The notes beneath the pieces are model-generated. The model was not told where the DNA came from. It ran no database searches and saw nothing but the letters and a program-made list of their open reading frames with translations. A stretch of DNA of 42,751 nt from a bacterium (GTDB taxonomy: Bacteria; Bacteroidota; Bacteroidia; Bacteroidales; UBA932), in NCBI GenBank assembly GCA_963615405.1, contig CAVEHG010000001.1, positions 1-42,751 of the forward strand, given 5' to 3'. Shown here in pieces: positions 1 to 7,711 of the stretch; the first letter of the stretch is position 1, and every line of letters starts with the position of its first letter. The translations under genes and the position numbers were made by a program.

Positions 1-1013
1 GCGTAGAGGGCGTCAATCGTCTTGTCCGGCGACACGTCGTTCGGGAGATGAATCAATATTTCCGCATTCTCGGTGGTGAGATCCTCAATCTTGCGGATTT
101 TTATCTTGCCCTTGTCCTTCGCCTTGAGGATCGAATCAATCAGCAGGTGGGTGGTCTTCCCGTACGGGATTTCTGTAATAGCGACCGTATTCTTGTCAAT
201 CTTCTCGATTTTCGCGCGCACCTTTATCGAACCGCCCCGTCTTCCCCGGTTGTACTTCGAGCAGTCCGCATATCCGCCGGTAGGGAAGTCCGGAAGAATC
301 TCGAACGGCTTGTCTTCCAGTATGGCTATCGACGCGTCAATCAGTTCATTGAAGTTGTGCGGGAGTATTTTCGACGCAAGTCCGGCAGCGATGCCTTCCG
401 TGCCCTGGGCGAGCAGCAGCGGGAATTTCACAGGAAGTTCCACCGGCTCCTGGTTGCGGCCGTCGTAGGAGGTCATCCACGGCGTGGTCTTCGGGTTGAA
501 AACCACCTCTTTCGCGAATTTGCTCAGCCGGGCCTCGATGTATCGCGGAGCGGCGTTGGCATCGCCCGTGATAATGCTTCCCCAGTTTCCCTGGCAGTCA
601 ATCAGAAGACCTTTCTGGCCGAGCTGCACCAGTGCTCCCCCGATGGAAGCGTCTCCGTGCGGGTGGTACTGCATCGCCTGACCGATGATATTCGCGACCT
701 TGGTGTAGGCCCCGTCGTCAATCTTGTACATCGCGTGCAAAACCCGTCTCTGGACAGGTTTCAAGCCGTCCACTATGTGCGGAACGGCGCGGTAGAGTAT
801 GGTGTAGGACGCGTAGTCCAGATACCAGTCCCTGAACATTCCAGACAGTTTGAAGTGCCGGCTGTCCTCCCCGAGAAGCTTTTCAAACTTCCCGGACGGC
901 TCCGTTCCCTCCGCCAGTTCGCCGGCGGATTCAACATCTTCATTCACGATGTTTTCCTCTTCTCCGGCCATCTCTTCGCCACTTACCTCTTCCGGTACAT
1001 CAAACTCATCCAT
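1..1013 (-). CDS. parC: DNA topoisomerase IV subunit A (GyrA/ParC family), 5' part; runs off the window edge
   Basis: Manual minus-strand translation from ATG 1013: acidic N-terminus MDEFDVPEEV, then FRDWYLDYASY..RAVPHIVDGLKPVQRR, YHPHGDASIG and catalytic AAPRYIEAR. Not in the ORF track because its stop lies outside the window. ParC rather than GyrA is inferred from Bacteroidetes-type motifs. Confidence 0.85.
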   Translation of the reverse strand, partial: MDEFDVPEEVSGEEMAGEEENIVNEDVESAGELAEGTEPSGKFEKLLGEDSRHFKLSGMFRDWYLDYASYTILYRAVPHIVDGLKPVQRRVLHAMYKIDDGAYTKVANIIGQAMQYHPHGDASIGGALVQLGQKGLLIDCQGNWGSIITGDANAAPRYIEARLSKFAKEVVFNPKTTPWMTSYDGRNQEPVELPVKFPLLLAQGTEGIAAGLASKILPHNFNELIDASIAILEDKPFEILPDFPTGGYADCSKYNRGRRGGSIKVRAKIEKIDKNTVAITEIPYGKTTHLLIDSILKAKDKGKIKIRKIEDLTTENAEILIHLPNDVSPDKTIDALY

Positions 1014-1034
1014 ACGATATAATTTTTTCAGTTT

Positions 1035-1934
1035 CTACCACTCGTAGCCGAACCTCTTCAGTTCCTTTTTGCTCTCCCGCCAGCCGTCATCAACCTTGAC
1101 GAACAGGTTGAGGAAGACCTTTTTCTGGAAGAAGTCCTCCATATCGACACGTGCCTGCGTGCCGATTTTCTTCAGCATCGAGCCGCCCTTGCCGATGATG
1201 ATTCCTTTCTGCGAGTCCCTCATTACGTAGATGACCGCGCTGATTTCGTATCTCTCCGACCCCTCGCGGAACTGTTCCACGACAACCTCGCAGCTGTAAG
1301 GAACCTCCTGCGAACAGTTCAGGAAAATTTTCTCGCGGATGATCTCCGAGGCGAAGAACCTCAGGTTCTTGTCCGTGAACACATCCTTGTCGTACCACGG
1401 CGGAGCTACGGGAAGTGCTGCGACAATCGCGTCATAAATGTTGTCGAGATTGAACTTTTCCTGAGCGGATGAGGGGAATATCGTGGCTTTCGGAAGCTTT
1501 TCCTTCCACCATTCCATCAGTTCCAGAACCTTTTCCTGTGTGCTTATGTCTATCTTGTTGATAACCAGCACGACCGGGCATTCGATTTTCTGGAGTTTCG
1601 CAATCCATTCCTCATTCTTGTCCGGCTTTTCCACGGTGTCCGTCACATAGAGGATTATGTCCGCGTCGCCGATTGCCGTCTCCACGAAGTTCATCATGCT
1701 TTCCTGCAGGCGGTAGTTCGGTTTCAGGATTCCCGGGGTGTCGGAATAGACAATCTGGTAGTCCTCGCCGTTCACGATGCCCATAATCCTGTGCCGCGTC
1801 GTCTGCGCCTTGGCAGTCACAATGGACAGCTTTTCCCCCACAAGGGCATTCATAAGGGTGGATTTGCCGACATTCGGATTCCCGATGATGTTGACAAACC
1901 CAGCCCTGTGATTCTTATTTTTCTTCTCCTCCAT
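1035..1934 (-). CDS. era: GTPase Era
   Basis: GNPNVGKS, QTTR, DTPG and NKID GTPase motifs plus KH-domain SQKGIIIGKGG. Start moved to MEEKK (1934) because the track start lies in a repeat. Confidence 0.95.
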   Translation of the reverse strand: MEEKKNKNHRAGFVNIIGNPNVGKSTLMNALVGEKLSIVTAKAQTTRHRIMGIVNGEDYQIVYSDTPGILKPNYRLQESMMNFVETAIGDADIILYVTDTVEKPDKNEEWIAKLQKIECPVVLVINKIDISTQEKVLELMEWWKEKLPKATIFPSSAQEKFNLDNIYDAIVAALPVAPPWYDKDVFTDKNLRFFASEIIREKIFLNCSQEVPYSCEVVVEQFREGSERYEISAVIYVMRDSQKGIIIGKGGSMLKKIGTQARVDMEDFFQKKVFLNLFVKVDDGWRESKKELKRFGYEW

Positions 1935-1943
1935 ACGCAGTTC

Positions 1944-2026
1944 CATAACGCAGCGATTCGCTGTTTCGGCAATAGTAGCTGTCAAGAAGCATAACGCAGC
2001 GATTCGCTGTTTCGGCAATAGTAGCT
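1944..2026. repeat. Two exact 37-bp direct repeats (46-bp period), truncated satellites of the adjacent hairpin element
   Basis: cataacgcagcgattcgctgtttcggcaatagtagct at 1944-1980 and 1990-2026. Its first part matches 2118-2140 of the element. Confidence 0.9.
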
Positions 2027-2028
2027 TG

Positions 2029-2153
2029 TTAAATTGTTCTTAAACAGATGAAGCGCAAGGCATGCTTTGAAGATAAAACCGCAGCAACCTTTTGGTTGTG
2101 AGGATTTTATCAAGAAGCATAACGCAGCGATGCGCTGTTTAAGAACAATTTAA
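2029..2153. repeat. ~125-bp structured intergenic repeat (family A, copy 1) with 19-bp terminal inverted repeats
   Basis: ttaaattgttcttaaacag ... ctgtttaagaacaatttaa, with nested inner stems. Its reverse complement is homologous to 17846-17970. Confidence 0.85.
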
Positions 2154-3700
2154 ATGTAGGCGCCCATTTTGAGGATATTAACTTCTCCCTCAGTAAGGTA
2201 CCTCCATTCCCCCCTCTTAAGGTTCTTCTTCGTAAGCCCCGCAAAATAAACCCTGTCAAGAGCCTTCACGTCGTAGCCGAGCGACTCGAAAATGCGGCGC
2301 ACGATGCGGTTCTTTCCGGAGTGGATCTCGATTCCCATCTTTCGGTGGTCATTCTCCTCGATGTAGGAGAGAGCATCCGCAGCGACATCCCCGTCAGAGA
2401 GTGTCACACCCGCGAGAATCTTGTCGTAATCCTCCTGCGTGAGATCCTTGTCGAGGGAAACCTGATAAATCTTCTTTTTGTCATAGGCCGGATGAGTGAG
2501 TCTTTCGGCGATTTCCCCGTCGTTGGTGAACATCAGCACTCCGGTGGTGTTTTTGTCGAGACGGCCCACAGGGAACACCCTTGCCGTGCATTTCTTCAGC
2601 AGTTCCATCACGGTTTTCTCCGCGTGCGGATCCGAGGTCGTTGTGACGAAGCCCTTCGGCTTGTTCATAACGATATAGACCTTCTCTTCTCCGTGGAGCC
2701 TTTCCCCGTTGAAACGGACATCATCCTTGGTGACATTGATTTTCGTTCCGAGTTCAGTCACCACATTTCCGTTGACGGTCACGCAGCCGGCGAGAATGAA
2801 ATTGTCGGCCTCGCGCCTTGAGCATATTCCCGAATTGGCTATATACTTGTTCAGACGGCACTCCTCCTTGAACGGAATGGTCACCGTGTCATTGTCTGAA
2901 AGCCTCTCCTGCTCGAATTCCTTCCTCCTGTTGATCATCTGTCCGATTCCGCTCTCGTCCTCGGTGCGGAATGTCGGTTTGGGAGCCTGACGCCTGTTGC
3001 CTCTCTCGGCTCCAGGTCTTGCGTTCTTCTTGAATCCAGGCTTCCTGTCGCCGCCAAATGACGGTTTTCTGTCGCCGTAACTTTTCCTTTCCCCGCCAAA
3101 TGAAGATTTCCTGTCTCCACCAAACGACGGTTTCCTGTCGCCGTAGGAGCGGTGCTCTCCGTAACTGCTCTCACCCTCTGCCTGGCGCGGCTGCCTGTGC
3201 TCTCCGTAAGGCCTTCCGCTGCCGTGTGACGGCCTGTCTTCACCATAGGACTTGCCTTCTCCGTAAGGCCTTCCTTCGCCGAAGGATTTCCGTTCCCCGT
3301 AAGGCTTCCTATCTCCGTAGGCTTTTCTTTCTCCTCCGAACGACGGTTTTCTGTCGCCGAAGCTTCCGCCGGAATTCCTCCTGTCGCCGAAGCTCTTTCT
3401 TTCTCCGTAAGACTTTCTCTCCCCAAAGGATTTTCTTTCTCCGTAAGACCGGTGCTCGCCACTCTCAGCAAGCGGCGCCCTGTTGTCGGATGAAGTGATG
3501 TAAGGGCGGTCCTCCCTTTTTCTTGTGACGATGCGCCGTCTTCCTCCGTGTTCCGAGTTTGACCTGTAAGGTTTAGATTCGTTGCTGCCGTACTCTCTGC
3601 GGCCTTCGTTGCTGCCGTACTCTCTGCGGCCTTCGTTGCTGCCGTACTCCCTACGGCCTTCTGCGCTGTGGCCATTGCCACCTCTTTCGTTGTTTTCCAT
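2150..3700 (-). CDS. rluB: 23S rRNA pseudouridine synthase (RluB/RsuA family) with a long low-complexity N-terminal extension
   Basis: S4 domain RLNKYIANSGICSRREAD, NKPKG, catalytic VGRLD and GKNRIVRR. About 270 aa of G/R/S/Y/F/E/K repeats precede it. Confidence 0.85.
   Translation of the reverse strand: MENNERGGNGHSAEGRREYGSNEGRREYGSNEGRREYGSNESKPYRSNSEHGGRRRIVTRKREDRPYITSSDNRAPLAESGEHRSYGERKSFGERKSYGERKSFGDRRNSGGSFGDRKPSFGGERKAYGDRKPYGERKSFGEGRPYGEGKSYGEDRPSHGSGRPYGEHRQPRQAEGESSYGEHRSYGDRKPSFGGDRKSSFGGERKSYGDRKPSFGGDRKPGFKKNARPGAERGNRRQAPKPTFRTEDESGIGQMINRRKEFEQERLSDNDTVTIPFKEECRLNKYIANSGICSRREADNFILAGCVTVNGNVVTELGTKINVTKDDVRFNGERLHGEEKVYIVMNKPKGFVTTTSDPHAEKTVMELLKKCTARVFPVGRLDKNTTGVLMFTNDGEIAERLTHPAYDKKKIYQVSLDKDLTQEDYDKILAGVTLSDGDVAADALSYIEENDHRKMGIEIHSGKNRIVRRIFESLGYDVKALDRVYFAGLTKKNLKRGEWRYLTEGEVNILKMGAYI
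3578..3658. repeat. 3 x 27-bp coding tandem repeat (GRREYGSNE)
   Basis: ttcgttgctgccgtactctctgcggcc three times, the third slightly diverged. Confidence 0.9.
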
Positions 3701-3832
3701 TTTATGCCTCCCGGCGTTTTTAAGTAAATAAATATTCCTGACTTCACGTCAGCCTGTTATGATTCAATTTAAACGGTTCGTCACCAATCGGAACGGATAT
3801 ATGGCCCTGTCTCAAAATGAGCCTGTTATGAT

Positions 3833-4627
3833 TTAATTCAATTTGAATATATATGTGATCGTTCCGTATTGTTTCATCTTCGTCACATCCGTGGTCTTCG
3901 AGAACTTCGCCTGCATAGCCGCAATCCGCGCCGCGTTCCACAGAGTCTTGTCCGTGACAGTCGTCCCGTCGGCGCCCGGTCTTGCTTCAATGACCTTGCC
4001 ATTCTGATCGACAGCAATCCTGACTACGACTTTACCCTCTTTCTGTATGTTATAGGCCGGACGGGCGAGATGTCCCACCACGCTGCGTCCTTCGAGCCTT
4101 GCATTCGGCTCTCCCGAGATCTTTCCCCGCGTCACATTTCCGCTTGCGTGTCCCGTCTCAAGGAGGTCGCTTGCCTCCCTCGCGGTCTGAGGCGCGAGCG
4201 TGTCCTTGGCTTCAGGGTTGTCCGCCGCGTGAAACAGCGCCCTGCGGTTTATCTCCTTCTCCCGCTCCGGCTCGTTCACCTCCACGTCGCCGTCCGGTCC
4301 CACTGTGGCCTCCTGTGCGAGGTTCGCCTTCGTTCCCTCCAGCTGAGCCTTGGACATTTTCACGATTTCGTCGGGTTTCGTCCTGTCCGGCTCCGGAGAT
4401 TTCACCCGAGTCCGGCTCCAGTTTCTTTCCGGTTTCTCCTGTTTCACTTCCACCTCGTCAAACTCAAGCAGGATCTCCTCTCTTTCAGGCGGTGGCGGAT
4501 CGAGATAGGTCATTCCCGTAAAGCAGAGACATAACAGCGCCACAGCGTGAACCGCCGCGGTCAGCCCTATTCCGGCCGTTAGCGACAGCTTCTTCTGCTT
4601 CTCTCTGTCCTGCCTGTACGTTTCCAT
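3833..4627 (-). CDS. tonB: TonB-family energy transducer
   Basis: N-terminal TM with His (AVHAVALL), Pro-rich DPPPPE, C-terminal EGKVVVRIAVDQNGKV..GTITYIF, directly downstream of exbB-exbD. Confidence 0.8.
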   Translation of the reverse strand: METYRQDREKQKKLSLTAGIGLTAAVHAVALLCLCFTGMTYLDPPPPEREEILLEFDEVEVKQEKPERNWSRTRVKSPEPDRTKPDEIVKMSKAQLEGTKANLAQEATVGPDGDVEVNEPEREKEINRRALFHAADNPEAKDTLAPQTAREASDLLETGHASGNVTRGKISGEPNARLEGRSVVGHLARPAYNIQKEGKVVVRIAVDQNGKVIEARPGADGTTVTDKTLWNAARIAAMQAKFSKTTDVTKMKQYGTITYIFKLN

Positions 4628-4639
4628 TCTTATTCAATT

Positions 4640-5050
4640 TTACTCAGGGCGGGTGGCCATAATTACTTTATAATGGTTCCGCTTCGCAATATTCATCACC
4701 TGCACCACTTCCCCCACCTGCACCGTCTCGTCCGCATAGATCGAGAAAGTCGGGTCGCTCTCGCCCTGCAGCAGGTCAATCAGATTGTCCTCCACCTCGG
4801 CGAAAGGCACGGGATTCTTGTCCCCGTTGATGTGGTAGGTGTACTCCCCGTTCCCGTGGTCGGCAATCGAAACGCTCACCGTGGCCTTAGCGGACACCTG
4901 CCCCGTACTCTTCGGGAGCAGAAGTTTCAGCGCATTCGGGCTTATCAGCGTCGATGTGACCAGGAAGAAGATGAGGAGCAGGAACACGATGTCAGTCATC
5001 GACGACATCGAGAATCCTGAATCTATCTTCGTTGTTCTTCTTATAGCCAT
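4640..5050 (-). CDS. exbD: Biopolymer transporter ExbD
   Basis: SSMTDIVFLLLIFFLV TM motif with the conserved Asp, and IYADETV..VVQVMNI. Confidence 0.92.
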   Translation of the reverse strand: MAIRRTTKIDSGFSMSSMTDIVFLLLIFFLVTSTLISPNALKLLLPKSTGQVSAKATVSVSIADHGNGEYTYHINGDKNPVPFAEVEDNLIDLLQGESDPTFSIYADETVQVGEVVQVMNIAKRNHYKVIMATRPE

Positions 5051-5087
5051 AGTCTCAAAAGCTGTTCAGAAATGTTCCGGCCGTCAT

Positions 5088-5807
5088 CTATTCCTGTTTC
5101 CCGCTCTCCGCAGGCTCGTGGAGAAGATCCATGAAATCGATTGTCACCGACTCCATCTTGAACACGAGGTTTGAAATCTGGGAGGTCAGGTAGTTGTATG
5201 CGAAATATGCGAGAATTCCGACGACAAGACCGCCTACAGTGGTTACCATCGCCTCATAGATACCTCCGGAAAGAAGGGATATGTCTATGTTGTTGCCTGC
5301 GGTGGACATATTGAAGAATGCCCGGATCATACCCGTCACCGTTCCGAGGAATCCGATCATCGGGGCGCCTCCGGCAATGGTCGCCAGCATCGGCAGGCCC
5401 TTCTCAAGCCTTGCCACCTCGACGCTTCCCATATTCTCGACAGCCGTCTGGATGTCCTGAAGCGGCCTTCCGATTCTCTCGATTCCCTTTTCGACAAGCC
5501 TTGCCGACGGAGTGTCATACTTCTGGCAGAGCGAAACCGCCGACTTGATCTTTCCCTCGTGAATGAGATCCCTGATCTCGTTCATGAAATTCTTTTCCAC
5601 CTTTCCGGCTTTGTGGATCATCCACCATCTGCTCGCGAAAATGTAGACCGCGATGATTGAAAGCAGAAGCAGCACAATCATCAGCCATCCGCCGGCTTTC
5701 GCCAGCTCAAAGTAAGACATTTTAACCTCCTGCTGCACAGGAGCCGCCACGACCTCCGAAACCGTCGCAGCCGTGTCCGCAATGCTCTGAAGTAAACTCA
5801 ATGACAT
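5088..5807 (-). CDS. exbB: MotA/TolQ/ExbB proton channel protein
   Basis: LATIAGGAPMIGFLGTVTGMIRAF and GGIYEAMVTTVGGLVVGI. Confidence 0.93.
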   Translation of the reverse strand: MSLSLLQSIADTAATVSEVVAAPVQQEVKMSYFELAKAGGWLMIVLLLLSIIAVYIFASRWWMIHKAGKVEKNFMNEIRDLIHEGKIKSAVSLCQKYDTPSARLVEKGIERIGRPLQDIQTAVENMGSVEVARLEKGLPMLATIAGGAPMIGFLGTVTGMIRAFFNMSTAGNNIDISLLSGGIYEAMVTTVGGLVVGILAYFAYNYLTSQISNLVFKMESVTIDFMDLLHEPAESGKQE

Positions 5808-5838
5808 ATCCTAAAATTTTAAATTTCCAAATAACCCA

Positions 5839-5846
5839 CAAAGATA
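5839..5846 (-). promoter_or_regulatory. Bacteroidetes sigma-ABfr -7 element TATCTTTG for exbB-exbD-tonB
   Basis: caaagata on + is a TAnnTTTG match ~32 nt upstream of the exbB ATG. Confidence 0.7.
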
Positions 5847-5847
5847 C

Positions 5848-5889
5848 AAAAAAAAGTGAAACTCGCTTGATTCACACCGAGCGAGTTTC
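5848..5889 (-). terminator. Intrinsic terminator
   Basis: Minus strand reads gaaactcgct-cggtgtgaatca-agcgagtttc, then ac and 8 T. Confidence 0.85.
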
Positions 5890-5930
5890 GATTCTAACCT
5901 AAAACTTAACCTATGAAAAAACTATTCGGG
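5848..5930 (-). ncRNA. Candidate sigma54-dependent small RNA with an anti-'ATGAAAAAA' seed
   Basis: Lies between a consensus -24/-12 promoter and a terminator. The body gaatagttttttcataggttaagttttaggttag is U-rich and apparently unstructured. Confidence 0.6.
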
Positions 5931-5931
5931 T

Positions 5932-6672
5932 TCACTCTTTTGCAAGGTTTGTGCCAAAACCTGCAAACCGGGCTGAATATTTCATTTTGCGGAGAATTTC
6001 CGGCACATCGGCGATGGAGCCTGCCTCAAAGACCCTGTCCGAATCCGGCATCTCGGCAACTTCGTGCACCCAGACCGTTCCGTGCGGGACGTGAATCGCA
6101 CGTCCTCCGACTTCAATCACCGGAGCTATGTCCGATTTGACGGAATTCCCGACCATAATCAACGCCTCCGGCGCCATATCGAATTTCTGGCAGAGTTCCA
6201 GATAGTTCCTCCGGTCCTTTTCTTCAAGCACCTCGATGTGGTGGAAAAATTTTGAAAGACCGCTCTGCCGGTACTTGGTCAGCTGCTCGGTGAGGTCGCC
6301 CTTTGTCGCGACCGCGAGTTCATATCCCATATCCCTGACTTCCCCAAGCACGCTTTCGACTCCGTCAATCATCTCGAAACGGTGGTAGGCGAGGTCTGTG
6401 ACGATTTTCTTTATCCCGAAGTACATTTCCGAACTCAGGCTACCTCCGCACAGTTCAATCGCCGTGTCGAGCATTCCGAGCATATAAGTTTTGGAACCGT
6501 AGCCGAAAATCGGAATATTGCCTTCCTGCCGCGCCCAGAGAGTCTGCTGTATGGTTGCAGCGTCGGCCTCCCGGTGGAGAAGCTCGGCAAATTCCTTCTC
6601 GGCGTTTCTGAAATAGCCCTCGTTTTCCCAGAGGGTGTCGTCCGCGTCAAAAAAGATTATTTTCTTTGTCAT
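5932..6672 (-). CDS. HAD-superfamily hydrolase
   Basis: Motif I FFDADDTLW, ATKGD, and motif IV MVGNSVKSDI. Confidence 0.88.
   Translation of the reverse strand: MTKKIIFFDADDTLWENEGYFRNAEKEFAELLHREADAATIQQTLWARQEGNIPIFGYGSKTYMLGMLDTAIELCGGSLSSEMYFGIKKIVTDLAYHRFEMIDGVESVLGEVRDMGYELAVATKGDLTEQLTKYRQSGLSKFFHHIEVLEEKDRRNYLELCQKFDMAPEALIMVGNSVKSDIAPVIEVGGRAIHVPHGTVWVHEVAEMPDSDRVFEAGSIADVPEILRKMKYSARFAGFGTNLAKE
5941..5957 (-). promoter_or_regulatory. sigma54 (RpoN)-type -24/-12 promoter
   Basis: Minus strand TTGGCAC-AAACC-TTGCA matches TGGCAC-N5-TTGC with exact GG/GC spacing. Predicted +1 is near 5930. Confidence 0.7.
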
Positions 6673-6692
6673 ATTCCTTCCTCCCGACCGGT

Positions 6693-7502
6693 TCAGTCCT
6701 TTATCGTTTCCACGGTTTTATCCGTTATCCTGACTGTCTCTTCTGTTTTCTCCGCTTTCCTGACAACGTCTTCATCTTTCTCCGTTACCGTGCCTGTCTC
6801 TTCGGGTTTGTCCGTCTCCCGGATTGTCTCTTCCGGTTTTCCTGTCACTGCGGAGCTGTCGGCAGGAGTCGCCACCGGCTTCACGGTGATGATGCGTATG
6901 TCCTTAACCGGACGGTCCCGTCTGTCGGTCGGGGCTGCGGCAATCTTGTCAATGACATCCAGCCCCTCGACCGTCTCTCCGAACACGGTGTACTGCCCGT
7001 CGAGGTGGATGCAGTTCATCTCGTCCTGAACAATGTAGAACTGCGAGCCGCTCGAAGACTTGCGCGGGTTGGCGACATCCCCGCGGCGTGCGGCTGCGAG
7101 CGCGCCCTTCTTGTGATAGTATTCGTTCACGAACTCCGCCGGAATCGTGTAGTCGGGACCGCCCTGTCCGTAAAGTTCAGCCTTTGAGCTGTCGCGTGTG
7201 TAAGGGTCGCCCGTCTGAATCATAAAGCCGTTGATCACCCTGTGGAAAAGCAGGCTGTCGTAGTAGTGCGCATTTGCGAGCTTGCAGAAATTGTCCCTGT
7301 GCTTCGGGGTCTTGCTGTAGAGTTTCACGCGGATTGTTCCCTCCGTCGTGACGATGTCGAATTCCGGTTCGCTGTTCTGTACCATAATTATACTGTCTTT
7401 CTGTTCTTCCGCGATTTTCTTCCCGCGTCTGCCATTGCCGCAGGAGGCGGCACATAAACATACAGTTATGGCTGCCGCTAAAATGATTCCTGTTCTTTTC
7501 AT
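6693..7502 (-). CDS. Cyclophilin-type peptidyl-prolyl isomerase, probable lipoprotein, with a repetitive T/E/K tail
   Basis: FHRVINGFMIQTGDP, SSGSQFYIV and HLDGQYTVFG. N-terminal signal with lipobox-like AASC. Confidence 0.9.
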   Translation of the reverse strand: MKRTGIILAAAITVCLCAASCGNGRRGKKIAEEQKDSIIMVQNSEPEFDIVTTEGTIRVKLYSKTPKHRDNFCKLANAHYYDSLLFHRVINGFMIQTGDPYTRDSSKAELYGQGGPDYTIPAEFVNEYYHKKGALAAARRGDVANPRKSSSGSQFYIVQDEMNCIHLDGQYTVFGETVEGLDVIDKIAAAPTDRRDRPVKDIRIITVKPVATPADSSAVTGKPEETIRETDKPEETGTVTEKDEDVVRKAEKTEETVRITDKTVETIKD

Positions 7503-7516
7503 ATGTGTTTTCCTGA

Positions 7517-7582
7517 TTTCCCGGAGGTGAGGCCGCCTGACCTGCAGCCACCCTTAAGCAGGGTTGTCACCTTCCCCGGAAT
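7517..7582 (-). ncRNA. Candidate structured RNA (three-way junction) in the cyclophilin leader
   Basis: Minus strand: P1 ttccggggaaggtga/tcacctccgggaa, P2 accct-gctta-agggt, P3 ggctgc-aggtcag-gcggcc. It starts just downstream of a TAACTTTG promoter element. Confidence 0.55.
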
Positions 7583-7590
7583 TTGACGCA

Positions 7591-7598
7591 CAAAGTTA
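7591..7598 (-). promoter_or_regulatory. -7 element TAACTTTG
   Basis: caaagtta on +, a TAnnTTTG match. Confidence 0.7.
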
Positions 7599-7652
7599 AA
7601 ACAATTCCGTGTTTCCGCAAGCGGAGGATTGCTGAATATACTAAAAATTGGC

Positions 7653-7660
7653 TAATTTTG
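7653..7660 (+). promoter_or_regulatory. -7 element TAATTTTG for the flippase gene
   Basis: TAnnTTTG match in a divergent intergenic region. Confidence 0.6.
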
Positions 7661-7711
7661 CGCCGCACGGCAATCCGCCTCCGGGCGATGCAGAAAACAC
7701 AGAAGACCATA

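Noticed and set aside
48..1022. 324-aa plus-strand ORF
   Set aside because: Antisense shadow of the parC-like gene, which carries the recognisable motifs.
1935..2018. Upstream extension of era in the ORF track
   Set aside because: It consists of the 37-bp repeats. Era similarity starts at MEEKK.
1944..2153. CRISPR-like array (37-bp repeats)
   Set aside because: Only two exact copies with a 9-nt gap, no unique spacers and no cas genes. The repeats derive from the adjacent hairpin element.
2935..3747. 270-aa alternative-frame ORF over the rluB N-terminus
   Set aside because: An artefact of low-complexity repeats that lack stops in a second frame.
5913..6140. Plus-strand ORF starting MKKLFGF
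   Set aside because: Antisense to the HAD gene. Its good-looking start is better explained as the complement of the candidate sRNA seed.
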